A stretch of 64,000 nt of DNA from Stegostoma tigrinum. Lineage: Eukaryota. Of the stretch, positions 1 to 13,307 are shown one piece after another (within the stretch, counting starts at the first letter, position 1; each line of letters opens with the position of its first letter). The notes under the pieces are model-generated. The model had not been told where the DNA came from and did no database searches. It saw only the letters and a list, made by a program, of their open reading frames with translations. The stretch lies in contig NC_081369.1 in NCBI RefSeq assembly GCF_030684315.1, positions 2,284,689 through 2,348,688 of the forward strand. Direction: 5' to 3'. Position numbers and translations under genes: made by a program.

Positions 1-239
1 ATCTCAGATTCTCCAGCATCTGCAGTTCCTACTGTCTCATGTGCAGAGGCTAACTGGCCATTTGACTGCGTGTGTTTATTTATAGCAAGATCTCAGCTTC
101 CCTTGTGACCCCCAGAGAAAGGTGCTTTATCCCTACTGCCCATAGTGTAGACAGCAATGGGAGTAAAACGCAGGAGACAGAGGGAACAGAAAGATTCCAC
201 AGTATTAACAACATGTGAAGCACCACATGGCACTGAGTC

Positions 240-555
240 CAAACCTTTCTCAGAGAGAGGAATGGCAGGCCAGACAGAAACAGAAAGTCCAAGGAGAGAA
301 AGAGAGTGATGGATAGGGATGGGGCGAGAAAGTGACAGGAATCAGGGAGAAAGAGAGATATATATATATATATAGAGAGAGAGAGAAAACAGACAGAGAG
401 CATGAAGGAAAGATCTCAGGGAGACAAGCTGAAGGAAAGAGATAAGAAGACATAGAGAAGTAGAAAACCATCAAGCGAGGAAGGCAAAGATCAGCAGAAT
501 GTGAACCCATGGAAAGGAGAGAAACATCGAGGCAGAGACAACAAAGGACAGGGAA
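240..555. repeat. Purine (GA)-rich low-complexity tract including a (TA)n(GA)n microsatellite
   Basis: Strongly A/G-biased sequence with (TA)n(GA)n at about 358-385. It resumes at 2711-3200 after the CR1 insertion. Confidence 0.8.
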
Positions 556-2710
556 CTTAGGCAAGAACTGGGCAACATAAAATGGGAACAGATGCTGTCA
601 GGGAAGAGCACTATTGAAATGTAGAAATTGTTGAAGGAATGCATGCTGCGTGTGCTCGATATGTTTGTCCCTAGCAGGCAGGGAAGATGCGGTTGAGTAA
701 TGGAGCGTTGGTTCTCAAGAGAGGTCGAAAAACTAGTTAAGAAGAAGAAGGATGCTTATGTAAGGCTTAGGAAACAAGGAACGGAAAAGGCCCTAGAGGG
801 ATATGAGTTATCCTGGAAGGAGCTGAATAAAGGGTTTGGGAGAGCTATAATGTGGCATGAGAAAACCTTGGCAGATAGGATCAAGGAAAACTCCAAGGCT
901 TTTTACACCTATGTGAGGAATAAGAGAATGGCCAGAGAAAGGGTAGGGCCATTCAAGGATTGTAAAGGGAATTTGTGCACAGTGGTAAAAGAGATGGGAG
1001 AGGTCCTTAATAAACACTATTCTTCAGTATTCACAAATGAGAGGGACCTAGTTGTAGAGGAGGACAGTGTGAGAAAGGCTAGTAGGCAAGACGAGATGCA
1101 TGTTAGTCAGGAAGATTTACTAGGAATTTTGAGGAACTTGAAGATAGATAAATCCTCCCGGCCAGATGGGATTTATCCAAGGATTCTATGGGAAGCGAGG
1201 GAAGAGATCACAGGGCTTTTTGGCGATGCTCCTTTCATCCTCACCATCCACGGGTATAGTGAAGGATAAGATTGGAAAGAGGCAAACATCATTCCCTTGT
1301 TCAAAATAAGGGAACAGGGATAAGCCAAGAAATTACAGGCCAGGTCATCCTTCGTCAGTGGTGGGCAGATTATTGAAAAGGGCTCTGAGAGATAGGATTT
1401 ATGATCACTTTAAAAGGTACAGTCTGATTTGTGATAGTCAGCATGGATTTATGAGGGGTAGATCATGCCTCACAAACCTTACTGAATTCTTTGAAGAGGT
1501 GACCAAACAATTGGTGAATGTGGAGCAGTGGATGTGGTATATGTGGATTTAAGTAAGGCATTTGGTAAGGTTCATGTGGGAGGATCATGCAGCAGTTAAG
1601 GAGGCATGGGATAGGGGCAAATGTGGCAGGTTGGATTTGGAATTGGCTGACCCTTAGAAGACAAAGGGTGGTAGTGGGCAGAAGATATTCAATATGGTAC
1701 TTAGTTACGAGTGGGGTGCCACAAGGATCTGTTCTGGGTCTGCTTCTGTTTGTGATTTTTGTAAATCATTTAGATGTAGGAGTGGAAGGATAGATTAGTA
1801 AGCTCACGGGTGGTAGGAAGGTGGGTCGAGTTGTGGATAGTGCAGAGGGCTGTTCTAGGTTTCAAAGGGACATTGATAGGATGCAGAGCTGGGCTGAGAT
1901 GTGGCAGATGGAGTTTAGCCCTGAAAAGTGTGAGGTGATTCATTTTGGAAGGACAAACTTGAAAGTAGAATACAGGGTTAACGGAAATATTCTTGGCAGT
2001 ATGGAGGAGCAGAAGGATCTTGAGGTTCATGTCCACAGTCACCTGAAATCTGCCACCCAGATGGATACAGTTGTTAACAAGGCATGACGAGTGTTTGCTT
2101 TATTAATAAAGGGATTGAGTTCAAGAGCTGTGAAGTTATGCTCCAGCTATACAAAAGTCTAGCACGGCTGCATCTGGAGTATTGTGTCCAGTTCTGGTTG
2201 CCTCATTACAACAAAGATGTAGAAGCATTGGTAAAGATGCAGAGGAGATTTACCAGAATGTTGCCTGGAATGAAGGGAAGGTCTTACGTGGAAACGTTGA
2301 GAGAGCTAGGGCTTTTCTCTTTAGAACGACAAAGGATGAGATGTGACTTGATAGAGGTGTACAAAATGATCAGAGGTATCGAAAGAATGAACAGCCAGAG
2401 AAATTTTCCTCAGGTGGAGGTAGCTACTATGACAGGGTGTAGTTTTAAAGTGAGTAGAGGTAGATTTAGTAGAGACATCAGAGGTAGGTTCTTTACTCAA
2501 AGAGTGGTCGGGGAGTGGAATGCATTGCTGGGGAGGGTAGTGGAGTCAGCCTCATTAGGGGCATTTACATGGCTATTATATAGGCATATGGATGATAGTT
2601 TAAAGTAGAGTGTAGATTTGATAGGCCTTAGGATTAGGGTAAAGATTCAACACAACATCGTGGGCCGAAGGGCCTGTATTGTGCTGTACTGTTCTATGCT
2701 CTATGTTCTA
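555..2710 (+). mobile_element. CR1 LINE, 5'-truncated, with frameshifted ORF2 (RT)
   Basis: ORF fragments 700-2608 carry CR1 motifs (KSSRPDGIYPRIL, SQHGFMRGRSCLTNL, SGVPQGSVLG, HLEYCVQFW, RFFTQRVV). The 3' tail ends in gttctatg repeats. Confidence 0.95.
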
Positions 2711-3200
2711 GAAAGATTCCAGGGAAAGGGAGAGAGGACAGAAAGAAAAAGAGACAGAGAAACATTTGGGGAGAGAAATAAAGGTCAGATGAGTGAAATA
2801 TAACCAAGGAAGAGGGAAAGGACAGATGAGAGAGAGTGTAAAACCGGGCGAGAGGACAAGAAAAAAACAGAGACGGGGGAGCGAGAGAACCCAGAGAGAT
2901 AAATCAAGAACAGAGATAGGGCCAGTGTAAAGCCCCAGAGAGAGAATTTAAAGAAAAACCTAGGCAGAAAGAGACAGAAGGACAGATGAGGAAGAGAGAG
3001 AAGTCACAAGGAGAGAGCGAGAAATCACAGGGAGAGCGAGAAAAGGAGAATCACACAGAGAGAGGCAGAAAGCCTATGGTGGCAGGGAGTTGGACAGACA
3101 TTGAGAGAAATCCCAAAGAGAGACAGAGACAGCCAGAGAGGAAGAGAGACAGCTAGTGATAGAGAGCAAGACAAAGAGACAGGACGAGAGAGGGCTGCGG
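2711..3200. repeat. GA-rich low-complexity tract
   Basis: Purine-rich imperfect (GA/GACA)n sequence. Confidence 0.75.
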
Positions 3201-4144
3201 TGTGGATGGTGATGGTGTTATGCAGATCCTCCGCCAGGAACCCAAGATCCCATAGAGCTAGGGGAAAGACAGAGAAATGTCTGGAGAAGGGTGAACAGGG
3301 AGGTTGGTGGTTGGAAAGATTGAATAGTTAAACAGTTGTGGGAAAGAGTGAGGAGGCAGAGAGTTTACAGAAATGAATATACAGGGGAAAGTGAGCAGCA
3401 CAGAGATATGGCAAGGGATGCGGATTTAATGAAAGATGTGGGAGAGACAGTTGGGAACACAGAAATGAAGCTCAGAGCTGTCATGAAAGATGGAGGCAGT
3501 GAAATCTGTGGGATCAGACTTGGCTCTGTGCAGCAGCCCCTCTTGACCTCTTTGCTCCTTTGCACCCCACCTTCCCCAACAGCCTGGAGTTCACCCCGCT
3601 GTGGTAACAACCCCAGAGATGATCTGAGTGACACAATTCTTTTCCTGTGTTGTGGAAATAAATGACAAATTTTCTATTTTTTTTAAAAGAAGCAAACAGG
3701 GTTGTTTATTATTCTCTTGCTCTGGTTCCAGCTCTTGTCTGAGAATTCCTCACGACAGAGTGATTTAATTCTCTGCCTTTGCATCATCTGAGTTTCAGCT
3801 CACAAGTCAAATCCCCTCAAGGGAAAGACTGAAAGAGAAATGAAGTTTGATTAAAATAAAACATCAAAAGCACAGCAAGATCCCACTGCTGAAGATTTCC
3901 ACAATCTTACACTTTATCCAGCACAGCCCCTGATATTAAACCCAGAGAATGGAAACATAGAGGTGTCAAACTGCCTCAGAACTGTCCCAGTGTTTCTGTT
4001 TGAGGGGAGGTTGAGATAAATTTACTCCAGAGGCTGGGACACGCAACCCCAGCTCCACTCCCAGAGCCTGCCTGTCTCCCTCTGACTTTGTCCAAGCTCC
4101 AGTCTCACACGAATCCCCCAAAGGAAGGAGAGAGAGATGATCAC

Positions 4145-4470
4145 CTAGTAGCATTATCGTTTGACTGTTAATCCGGAAACCCAGATTATGTTCTGGGGAT
4201 CTGTGTTTGAGTCCCATCACGGTAGATGGTGGAATTTGAATTCAATAAATATCTGGAATTAAGAATCTGTTGTCAATTGTTGGCAAAAATCCATCTGATT
4301 CACTATGTTCTTTAGGGAAGAAAACTGTCATCCTTACCTGGTCTGGCCTACATGTGACTCCAGACCCACAGCAATGTGGTTCAGTCTTAAAGGACCTCTG
4401 GGCAATTAGTGATGGGCAATAAATGTTGCCTAGCCAGTGGCACCCTCATCCCGTGAATGAATAAACAAAA
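4145..4470 (+). mobile_element. tRNA-derived SINE, SacSINE1/DeuSINE-like
   Basis: tRNA-like head, a core ccttacctggtctggcctacatgtgactccagacccacagcaatgtgg, and an L2-type tail gatgggcaataaatg. Family assigned from recall. Confidence 0.7.
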
Positions 4471-5111
4471 GTAAAAGATAGGCGAAGAGGGAGATAGAGA
4501 GAAAACCAAAATCCATTGAAATATAAATAGTCAAACAAACAAGATCCCATCACTGACTGACTTCCAAAATCTTCCCCTTTGATCAGCACTTCCCTGGGAA
4601 TTTAAACTCAGACAATTGGAACAAATTTCAATTGAGGTCAAGGGGCAAATGCTTTCTGACTGCCCCCAATGTCTATTTTCTGAGAGACTGGGCAGTGACA
4701 CAATGGTACGGAGTTACTCCCAGAACTTTCGTGTTTAACCTACCACTCCAGCTGATTCTCTGATGTATCAGGAGTAAAAAGTATAAAAACTGAGATGGAT
4801 ACCTCCTCTGTCCCACTTCCTTTCATCACCCACAGTCCCTTGAATACTCTGTCTGGGCTTGGTGGTGCACCAACATGAAATATTGATAATGAAACTTCCA
4901 CGTGTACAGCCATTTCTCTCTCTCACTTTCACTGCTCCTACTCTCTCCACTCAGCTTTTTCCTGCTCTCGAGACTTGTTTGATGCTCCTCTCTCTCTTCA
5001 TTGGTCGGGCAGGGTTGTGGGCTGCGCTGGGAAAAGGAGGGATCATGAAATCCATCCACTATCAGACCATCAGCAAACTGAGTATGGACCCAGTAGACAG
5101 GCTTGTGTGAT

Positions 5112-6412
5112 GTTTGATTAGGAATAGTCAGCATGGCTTTGTGCATGGGCGATCATGCCTCGTTAATATGTTAGACTTCTTTGATGAAATGACCAGGAAG
5201 GCTGATGAGTGCAGGGCGGCAGACATAATCTAAATGGATTTTATAAGGCCTTTGATCAGATTGAATATGGTAGGCCGCTCTGGAAGGTTAAATTGCATAG
5301 AATCCAGGGAGAGCTGGCAAATTGAATACACAATTGGCTTGATGATAAGATGCAGAAAGTAATTGTGGAAGCATGTTTGTTGGACAGGAGGCCTGTGACT
5401 AGTGCTGTGCCTCAAGGATCGGTGCTGGGCCCGTTGTTGTGTGTTATCTATATCAATGGTTTAGATGAGAATGTACAAGGAATAATTAGTAAGCTTGCAG
5501 ATGACACTAAAATAGGTAGCATTGTGGACAGTCAGGAAAGTTATCAGAAATTGCAGCAGGATCTTGATCAGCTGGGGAAGTGGGCCGAAAAATGGCAGAT
5601 GGATTTTAATGTAGACAATTGTCAGTGTTGCATTTTGGAAAATCAAATCAAGTTTGGAGTTTCATGGTAAATGGTGGGGCCTTAAGGAGTGTATTGGAAC
5701 AGAACGACCTTGAAGTTCAGATGCACAGTTCTCTGAAAATAGGGTCACAAGTAGGCAGGGCAATGCAGAAGGCATTTGGCACACTGGCCTTCAACAGTCA
5801 GGTCATTGAGTATAGAAGTTGGGAAGTTGTGTTGCAGTTGTACAGGACATTGGTGGGGCTGCACTTGAAATATTGCGCTTAGTTTCAGTCACCTTGCTAT
5901 TGGAAGGATATCATTAAACAGGAAAGAGTGCAAAAGAAATTCACAAGCATGTTGCCAGAGTTCAAGCAACTGAGTTATAGAGAGAGATTGAACAAGCTAG
6001 GACTGTTTTCTTTCAAGCAAAGAAAAATGCGGGGGCATCTTATTGAAGTGGATAAGGTCATGAGAGGCACGGATAGGGTGAGAGCACTCAGTCTTTTTCC
6101 CAAGGTTGGGGAATCGAGGACTGGAAGGCAGCAGTTTAAGGTATGAAGGAAGAGAATACATGGGAACCTGAGGGGCAACTTTTTACACCGAGGGTCCTAA
6201 GCATATGGAATAAGCTACCAGCAGAAGTGGTTGAGGCTGGTGCATTAACAACATTTAAAAGGCATGTGGATGAATACCTGGAAAAGAAAGTTTTAGAAGG
6301 ATATGGGCCAGGTGCAGAGAAATGGGATTAGCGTGGATGGGCTTTTTCGTCACTATGGACCCTGTTTGGGCTGAACAGCCTGTCTCTGTGCTTTAGGACA
6401 CTATGATTCTTA
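5112..6412 (+). mobile_element. CR1 LINE fragment (RT C-terminal half and 3' UTR)
   Basis: ORFs with AVPQGSVLGP, KLADDTKI, LGLFSFKQRKMRG and WNKLPAEVVEA. Confidence 0.92.
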
Positions 6413-6555
6413 TCTTCAACACAAAAACCATCCTTCTCCTAGATACCATGAATTCTGAAGAAGGATCACTGGATCCAAAACGTTAACTCTGATTTCTCTC
6501 GCAGATGTTGCCCTTCTGCTGAGATTTTCCAGCAATTTCTGTTTTTGTTTCAGAA
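6413..6555 (+). mobile_element. Penelope-like pLTR fragment (ctgaagaaggatcactggatcc family)
   Basis: Degenerate hammerhead-like core ctgaagaa...aaaacgtt, then cagatgttg...ttttccagca. The same family occurs at about 21215-21290, 29030-29130, 33690-33770, 43195-43290 and 60950-61135. Confidence 0.6.
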
Positions 6556-7230
6556 CTTGGGGTGCAATTCCATAGTTCCCCAAACATGACTGCACAAGTG
6601 GATAGGGTGGTATGCTTGCCTTCACTTGTCAGGGAATTGAGTACAAGAGTCATGATGTCATGTTTTATTTTTTAATAGGCTTTGATCAGGCCACACTTAC
6701 AGCATTGCCTTTGGATCTGGTCACCTCATTACAGGAAGGATGTAAAGGCTTTGGAGAGGGTGCAGAAGAGGTTTACCAAAGTGCTGCCTGGATTAGATAG
6801 TATGAGCTATAAGAATAGCCTGGAAAAACTCAAGTTGCTTTCTGTGGAGTGGTGGAGACTGGGGGGAGACTTGATAGAAGTTTATAAAATCATGAGCTGC
6901 ATAGATAGGGTTGACAGTCAGAATCTTTTTCCCACAGTGCAAATGTCTAAAACAAGGCGGGTGTTTAAGGTGAAGGGGGCTGTTCAAAGGAAATGTGAGG
7001 TGGCACATTTTTACATGGAGAGTGGTAGTAGTCTGGAATGTGTTGCTGGGGTGCTGGTGATAAAGGCTTTTAAGCAACTTTTAGATAAACATATGAATAT
7101 GCAAGGAATGGAGAGATACAGACTGAGGGCAGACAGAAAGGATTAGTTTAATTTGTCTTCTTGTTTGGTGTAACATCGTAGGCTGAAGCAGCAATTCCTG
7201 TGCTGAGCCATTAAATGTTCCATGTTCTAT
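6556..7230 (+). mobile_element. CR1 LINE 3' fragment
   Basis: ORF 6682-7146 with WSPHYRKDVKALERVQKRFTK and GDLIEVYKIM. Confidence 0.9.
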
Positions 7231-7925
7231 CCAATTTGTTTTCCTGATTACCTGCTGCAACTATGTCCTAGCTTTCTATGTTTCATTCACAAGTGCCACC
7301 AAGTCCCTTTGTGTTGTAGATTTATGCAGTTTTTTTCTATTTAAATTACACTCCATTCTTTCGTTTTTCCTTTCAAAATTAAATAACTCCACATGTTCCC
7401 ACATTTTAGTCCATTTGCCAATATTTGACTACATGCTTAACAAATCAATATATCTCTGTAAACTGTTTATTCCATTTGCAATTTGCCTTTCCATTTATTT
7501 TTGTGTCATGTACAAATTTGGATATGGTGTATTCATTCCCTTCCCCACAGTCATTAAACAGTGTAAAACATTAAACATTGTGAACAGCTGCACCCTCAGC
7601 ACTGATCTCTGTGGAAATCCACTGGTCACTAACCAGAAAAAGAATCTCTTATCCCCACTCACTGTCTCCTGCCCATTAGCCAATTCTCTATCCATACCAA
7701 TATAGTCCCACTTTCTAATATTATAATTTAACCTTTGTAAAATACCTTGTGAATGCCATCTGAAGTCTGAATACAACACGTCTAGTGATTCCCTTATCCA
7801 GTCTGACTGAAAATTTCTGGTAAACTCAAATACATAAGTCAGGCACAGATCCACTTTCATGAAGCCATGCTAACTCTGCTTGCTCAGCTTATGATTTTCC
7901 AAATCTGCTGTTATTATTTCCCTAA
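7231..7925 (-). mobile_element. Old degraded CR1 fragment
   Basis: Minus-strand ORF containing VTSGFPQRSVL. Confidence 0.7.
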
Positions 7926-8289
7926 TATTTGAGGACCACTGACTCATTGAACTATTGGAGGCACAAAGGGAAAGAAGATCTCCTCTGCTGTAACAATTCT
8001 GCAATTCTGTCACCCTGTTCACATTTCTAATGCTTGTGTGCGTATCTTTGCATTGGTCACAGCACCTTTATGCTGTGCCACAATTACCCACAACGTTTCT
8101 TGATCATGCTCATGATGCAGGCTGCTCACAATTTTACAGAGGCTGAGATGGTTGCAAGAGATGTGAATTCATTCCATCGCCTTTCCTGTTCAAAATGCAT
8201 CACTGCAGTTGTAATTATCTCAAAGTAGTAAAATTTAAAACAAAAATGGCAAAATAATCATTTCACTCTGATTTCCTTTCTTCAATTGT

Positions 8290-9042
8290 TGTAGACGAGA
8301 CCAGAGCCATCCCAATCCCCCAAAAGTATATCATGAAGATTGCCTAGGCCCTAACTTTCATGTTTTTTAAAGGAAAATGTAAGACATTTATTTTCAGATT
8401 GATTCAATTGGTCCACCACAAACTTTTAATCAAAGCACATTTTATTCTTACGGCAGTTAAAATACAACAAAAAGAATTGGCATGATTTTATTGAAACACT
8501 GAAGAAGGTAATACAATATTAACCTGTATCATCAATTGTTCCAACATAAGCAGCATCCCATAAACATACTCTTGGTAAAGGCAATTCAGCAACACGGTTA
8601 TTATTCTCACAGACTCTCCCTCTGCCCAGTCCAGCAGAAAGAAACACCCAAAGAAGACAACGGCCGCTTTAGATTTTTAAGAGACAGCCTAAGCAAGATT
8701 TCACTCCAGCAGTAAAGGACGCAAGCTTTAAGCTCTAGCAGCCCCCAAAAAACCCACTCCACTAACAACAAGTAAAACTAAAGTCTTATGGGTCTGCATA
8801 AGCCCACCTCTCATGATTCTTTTGTCATACTTTTAAAGACACCATCGAGGGAGAACTCCAAAGCTGTTTACCAACTGCCTGCCTGAAGGAGATATTTTGG
8901 CACCATCCCTCTGCAAGAGAAAAAGGACAGAACATATCTCTGAAAGGCAGAGTATTATTGAAAAATTCAGAAAGGGCAATGCAATTTATAAGAACAGTGT
9001 CAAAAATATAAATTAAACTCAAATGTCTCTGTTCTCTGTGTC
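8290..9042. mobile_element. Probable solo LTR (Gypsy-type)
   Basis: Non-coding block of about 750 bp starting TGT and ending CA, resembling shark LTRs from recall. No clean TSD. Confidence 0.4.
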
Positions 9043-9126
9043 ATGTTTGGTGTTCTTCTAAAAAAGACAGCTTATAATGATTTGATTATCGTACCCAGGC
9101 ATTATATCACATAAGGAACTATTTAG

Positions 9127-9440
9127 GGCAGCACGGTGGCTCAGTGGGTAGCACTGCAGCCTCACAGCGCCAGGGATCTGCGTTCGATTCCAGTCGCCGG
9201 CTACTGTCTGTGTGGAGCTTGCACATTCTCCCCATGTCTGCGTGGGTTTCCTTCGGGTGCTCCAGTTTCCTCCCACAGTCCAAAGATGTACAGGCTAGGT
9301 GGATCAGCCATGCTAAATTGCCCATAGTGTTCAGGGCTGTGTGGGTTATAGGGGTATGGGTCTGGGTGGGATGCTTCAAGGAGCAGTGTGGACTTGTTGG
9401 GCCGAAGTGTCTATTTCCACACTGTAGGGAATCTAATCTA
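9127..9440 (+). mobile_element. HE1-like V-SINE (tRNA-derived)
   Basis: A/B boxes (tggctcagtgg; gttcgattcc), V-domain gtgtggagcttgcacattctccccatgtctgcgtgggtttcc, and a CR1-type tail. Confidence 0.9.
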
Positions 9441-10024
9441 TTTAAAGCTTCGGAATAGGTTAATGTGGGAGGAATGATATGTGAGCTACTCATCCAAATT
9501 TGTCATTCAATGAACATATCATTTTATGAGTTCAATGTGTGTTTTTATGCATGGATCCATTTCTCGTGAAACCGTGGAAGTTACAACAAGGGTCACGAAC
9601 AACCATGTACGCAACCAAGTTAAATTCACGCGGCTAAGTTTGTCGAGTGCATTTTGTAACCTTTTATAATTTAAAGGTATGAAACTTCACGTTACACAGA
9701 TTTTTTTGGACATGGTTTAGCAGAAATTTTCAATGTTTTTCGCGGACATCACGGCTGTTAAAAATAATGTCTAGTCTGTCCCATGTGCATTGCTCATACT
9801 CCATAAGAGCATTAACTTCCTGCCTTGAATGCAGGAACAGTCGATGCAGAGTAGGCACCAAAGATTGTACAACTCCTAATTCTGATGAATATGCTCTGTG
9901 AAGAAGGTATACTCTAAAAATATCCGTGACCAAATATTCAGAATTAAGCAGCCAGTAGCGCGGGCCCTGTCAGACTGCTTCTGCCTGTTGGAATATGGAG
10001 GGGGTTAATTAGACAAACTACTGA

Positions 10025-10225
10025 GGATAACAAAGTGTGGAGCTGGATGAGCACAGCAGGCCAAGCAGCATCTTAGGAGCACAAAAGCTGACGTTTCGGA
10101 TCTAGACCCTTTGGGCCCGAAACGTCAGTTTTTGTGCTCCTAAGATGCTGCTTGGCCTGCTGTGTTCATCCAGCTCCACACTTTGTTATCTTGGATTCTC
10201 CAGCATCTGCAGTTCCCATTATCTC
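10025..10225. mobile_element. Fold-back Penelope pLTR element with 11-bp TSD
   Basis: Inverted arms centred near 10108. Direct repeat caaactactga at 10014-10024 and 10226-10236. Confidence 0.85.
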
Positions 10226-10416
10226 CAAACTACTGACGATAATCAGGTACGTGGAAGAAATTAATATCAAAGCATATTTTGCAATGTTCTGTTGGTTCAG
10301 CTGTTTGTCGTACAAACTGTCCCTTCCCTCGAGTTTGTGGCTAAATGGCAAGAGTGAAAAGTACTATCATATATAATTTTGAATTCTAGAATGATTAGTT
10401 GGCTCAAAAACTGAGA

Positions 10417-10631
10417 TGCAGATGGTAGGAACTGCCGATGCTGAAGTCTGAGGTAACAAGGTGGGGAGCTGGATGAACACAGCAGGCCAGGCAGCATCAA
10501 AGGAGCAGGAGACCTGACATTTCGGGTCTGGACTCTTCTTAAGAAATGGTCCAAACCCGAAACGTCAACTTTCCTGCTCCTCTGATGCTGCCTGGCCTGC
10601 TGTGTTCATCTAGCTCTACACCTTGTTTTCT
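10417..10631. mobile_element. Fold-back Penelope pLTR element (diverged)
   Basis: gagctggatgaacacagcaggccaggcagcatc and its reverse complement flank a centre near 10540. Confidence 0.8.
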
Positions 10632-10664
10632 ATGAACAACTAAGATTGCGTGTCAGTAAGTGCA

Positions 10665-10792
10665 CATTATATGGTGGTGCCTCTGTTGGACTGGGGTGAA
10701 CAAGGCCAGAAGTCACACGATGCCAGGTTTCAGCCCACTAGATTTATTTGAAATGACAAGCTTTCGCAGCGCTGCTCCTTCGTCAGGTGAAG
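10665..10792 (-). mobile_element. Penelope pLTR fragment of a second family
   Basis: Similar to the termini at 27660-27740 and 28530-28660, and contains a hammerhead core. Confidence 0.65.
10758..10786 (-). ncRNA. Minimal hammerhead ribozyme core (AGCU helix-III variant)
   Basis: Minus strand reads CUGACGA-AGGAGCAGCGCUGC-GAAA-GC-UU. Confidence 0.55.
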
Positions 10793-13061
10793 TAAGTACA
10801 GTGATGCACCAATTTATCAAAATGACTGCCTGTACTTTATCGTTTCATGTAATAAACCAATTTCTAACCAAGAGGAAATCCAAGACACCCCATCCAGAGC
10901 AATTTTATAAGATCAATTTCAATAAAAGAGACGCTGGGGGAGCATCAGGAAGGGGCTACGCCTTATATATTTTTGCTTGCATCTCATATCTATCTCTAAA
11001 AAGCCGTTACATTTTCATGAAAGTAAGTGCACACGGGCTGGGTCTCTGAATTTCGTCCTGTGACATACTGGAGCTGCTACGTCTAATTCGTTTTGGTACC
11101 ATATTAGATAGAAAAAATGGAACAAATCTGACTTAGTCAGGAAATGAGCCATTATGTAATTGAAGAAAGAGTGAACATTTTGTTAAAACGCTAAACTTTC
11201 CACGAATTTACAGTTGGTTATCTCGGCTAGCCCGTGTCTGTTACGTTAAGTAATCAACAACCGCGCTGATCAGTCTCAAATGTTTGATCAATGGAATAAA
11301 TTGATACTATCTTGTGGTTTATGTACAAATGTCAAAGTTGCGTCATCCAGTAGAAACAATGAAATGACGGAAAATCAAGCTATTGAAACAACACCTACCA
11401 TGTAAGGAAAGAATTCACGCGTGATGAGAATGTGTTAAGATTGGCATGCTTTTTCGAATGACTTGAGAGGAAATAACTGTTATTCATTTAAATTGTTTGC
11501 AATTAAATATAATAAGTGGATATCATCAGATGCAATTTATTGAAAGACGCAAAATATATCCTAGACCTTGAGAGCAAGCAACGAAAAGTTTGAGTGAACT
11601 GACGGCGCTGATCATTGTCTAACCTGCTATGAGGCAGAAATCCAGATCAGATATGTCAATCAGTTCGAAGTTGCATTTTCTATCATTCTGGACAGGATGA
11701 TGATTGTTCACATTGACAATTGTGACTTCCGGCATTTTTGCTGTCTGCTTTATTCGTGAGACATTAACATCGCCACAACATTGTAATAACGCGTCTATTT
11801 TTTCAAAAAATAAAATGTATATTAAGCACTTAACCTTTAATTGACATAACTGGGTTGTTTGCTAAAATGTTATTTATTTCGTCATGCCAGCGATGCAAAG
11901 TTAGTTGAAACAGCCATTTGAATTTGTTCAGTACCAGATGTGACAAGTCGTTATTTCTCAATCAAATATCGATTTGGGTATTCTCGATGTGAGAAAGGCA
12001 ACAATTCCCTTGACAACAAAGACTAAATACTTAATATGCAGATTAATACAAAACTGGAAAATCAGTAAGCCATATTTCGACCGCAGGTATTTGGAATGTT
12101 TAGATCTACTTGCATTTGAAGACCCGAACAATGAATGCTACAATAAAGGAATAGCATTTTTGTATACAGTTCTCAAAGTTCATCACAAAATGTTGCATTT
12201 ATCCATGTTTAAAAACAGATAGTTTTTTTGTAAATTCTGTATTTTGCTATCATATTTTTTTTAACCGAACACCAGTAAAATAAGTTTTGACAGGACTACA
12301 GGCTGATTTTAGTAGACTTATGCCTCGCGCTAATGGTTCTGCTGACTAGTTTAGTTCAGACCAGAATGAACTCAGAATACAATCAATTACTACAGTGAAA
12401 TAATGCAGGATGTAAAGAACGACTAGCACAGCGAATTGCATGATGATTGCCATTTGTTCATGTCACTTATACCACAACTAACAATTTTCCTACAACTACT
12501 CCTCAAAATGAATGTTTCAATTTACAAAAGCTCAATGCAATTCTTTGCAAGAGAATGCAATAAAAAAACTCATCGGCTTCAGGATGTTGGACATTATTAC
12601 TACCTCATAACCATTAGCAGTTCAATCAGAAAATAAAACTAACAGAATAGACACTCGATTTGAAATCCCAGAACAAGAGATAGTCGGAGACACTGCAAAA
12701 GTGAAACGGAGACATTGTAGTGGGTAAAAACAGAACGTTGGTTGGCTTAGATAAGGAAAAACGATCTGAAATACATTTTTCTTGTTAAATCAGTATTCAT
12801 CTTCATTTTCATTGAACAGAAGCACAGAGAAAATTATCCTTCCATAGAATTGAGCAACAGTATTGTTTTTTTGTTGATAAACATTTCCACAAACCGAAGG
12901 GCATCCTCATTTGTGACTAAACATGAACAACTGGTCTGCAGTTCCTTCTGAACTGACAGGGAAAAGACATCACTGCAGATGCTAACTTCTTAATACCTGG
13001 ACGCATCATACTTGAGAAAGAAATGAAATCGATGTACAACACTAAAATGTTACCTCTGAGA

Positions 13062-13307
13062 TTAGCAATATGATGCGACGCTGGTTTCAGCACGATCGAC
13101 TTCAGTTGATCCGGTTTGCATTGCTGCTTTTAGCTGAGCATACTCTGTGTCCTCATCGTTTAGTTTCAGATTTCTTACTTTGCTGGTGCCATTCAGATCG
13201 AGAGTAGCATACGTCAACCCATCTTCAGCATTCGATTGTTCCATCAATGAAATCAAGTTAGTTAGTTCAATGTTTTTGCCCGTGCGTTGTGTAGTTTTAG
13301 GGGCCAT
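13062..13307 (-). CDS. Gene A last exon: cytoplasmic tail with ITIM (LTYATL) and ITSM-like motif (TEYAQL)
   Basis: 81-aa ORF with LTYATL at 13200-13217 and TEYAQL at 13131-13148. Preceded by a long polypyrimidine tract ending in AA rather than AG. Confidence 0.8.
   Translation of the reverse strand: MAPKTTQRTGKNIELTNLISLMEQSNAEDGLTYATLDLNGTSKVRNLKLNDEDTEYAQLKAAMQTGSTEVDRAETSVASYC

Noticed and set aside
80-564. Hydrophobic ORFs on the minus strand
   Set aside because: Artefact of translating CT/GA low-complexity DNA.
9127-9200. tRNA gene
   Set aside because: The A/B boxes are the head of a V-SINE and continue into the V domain. The same applies at 16847, 31878 and 56100.
11693-11760. C/D box snoRNA (atgatga)
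   Set aside because: No convincing D box or terminal stem.
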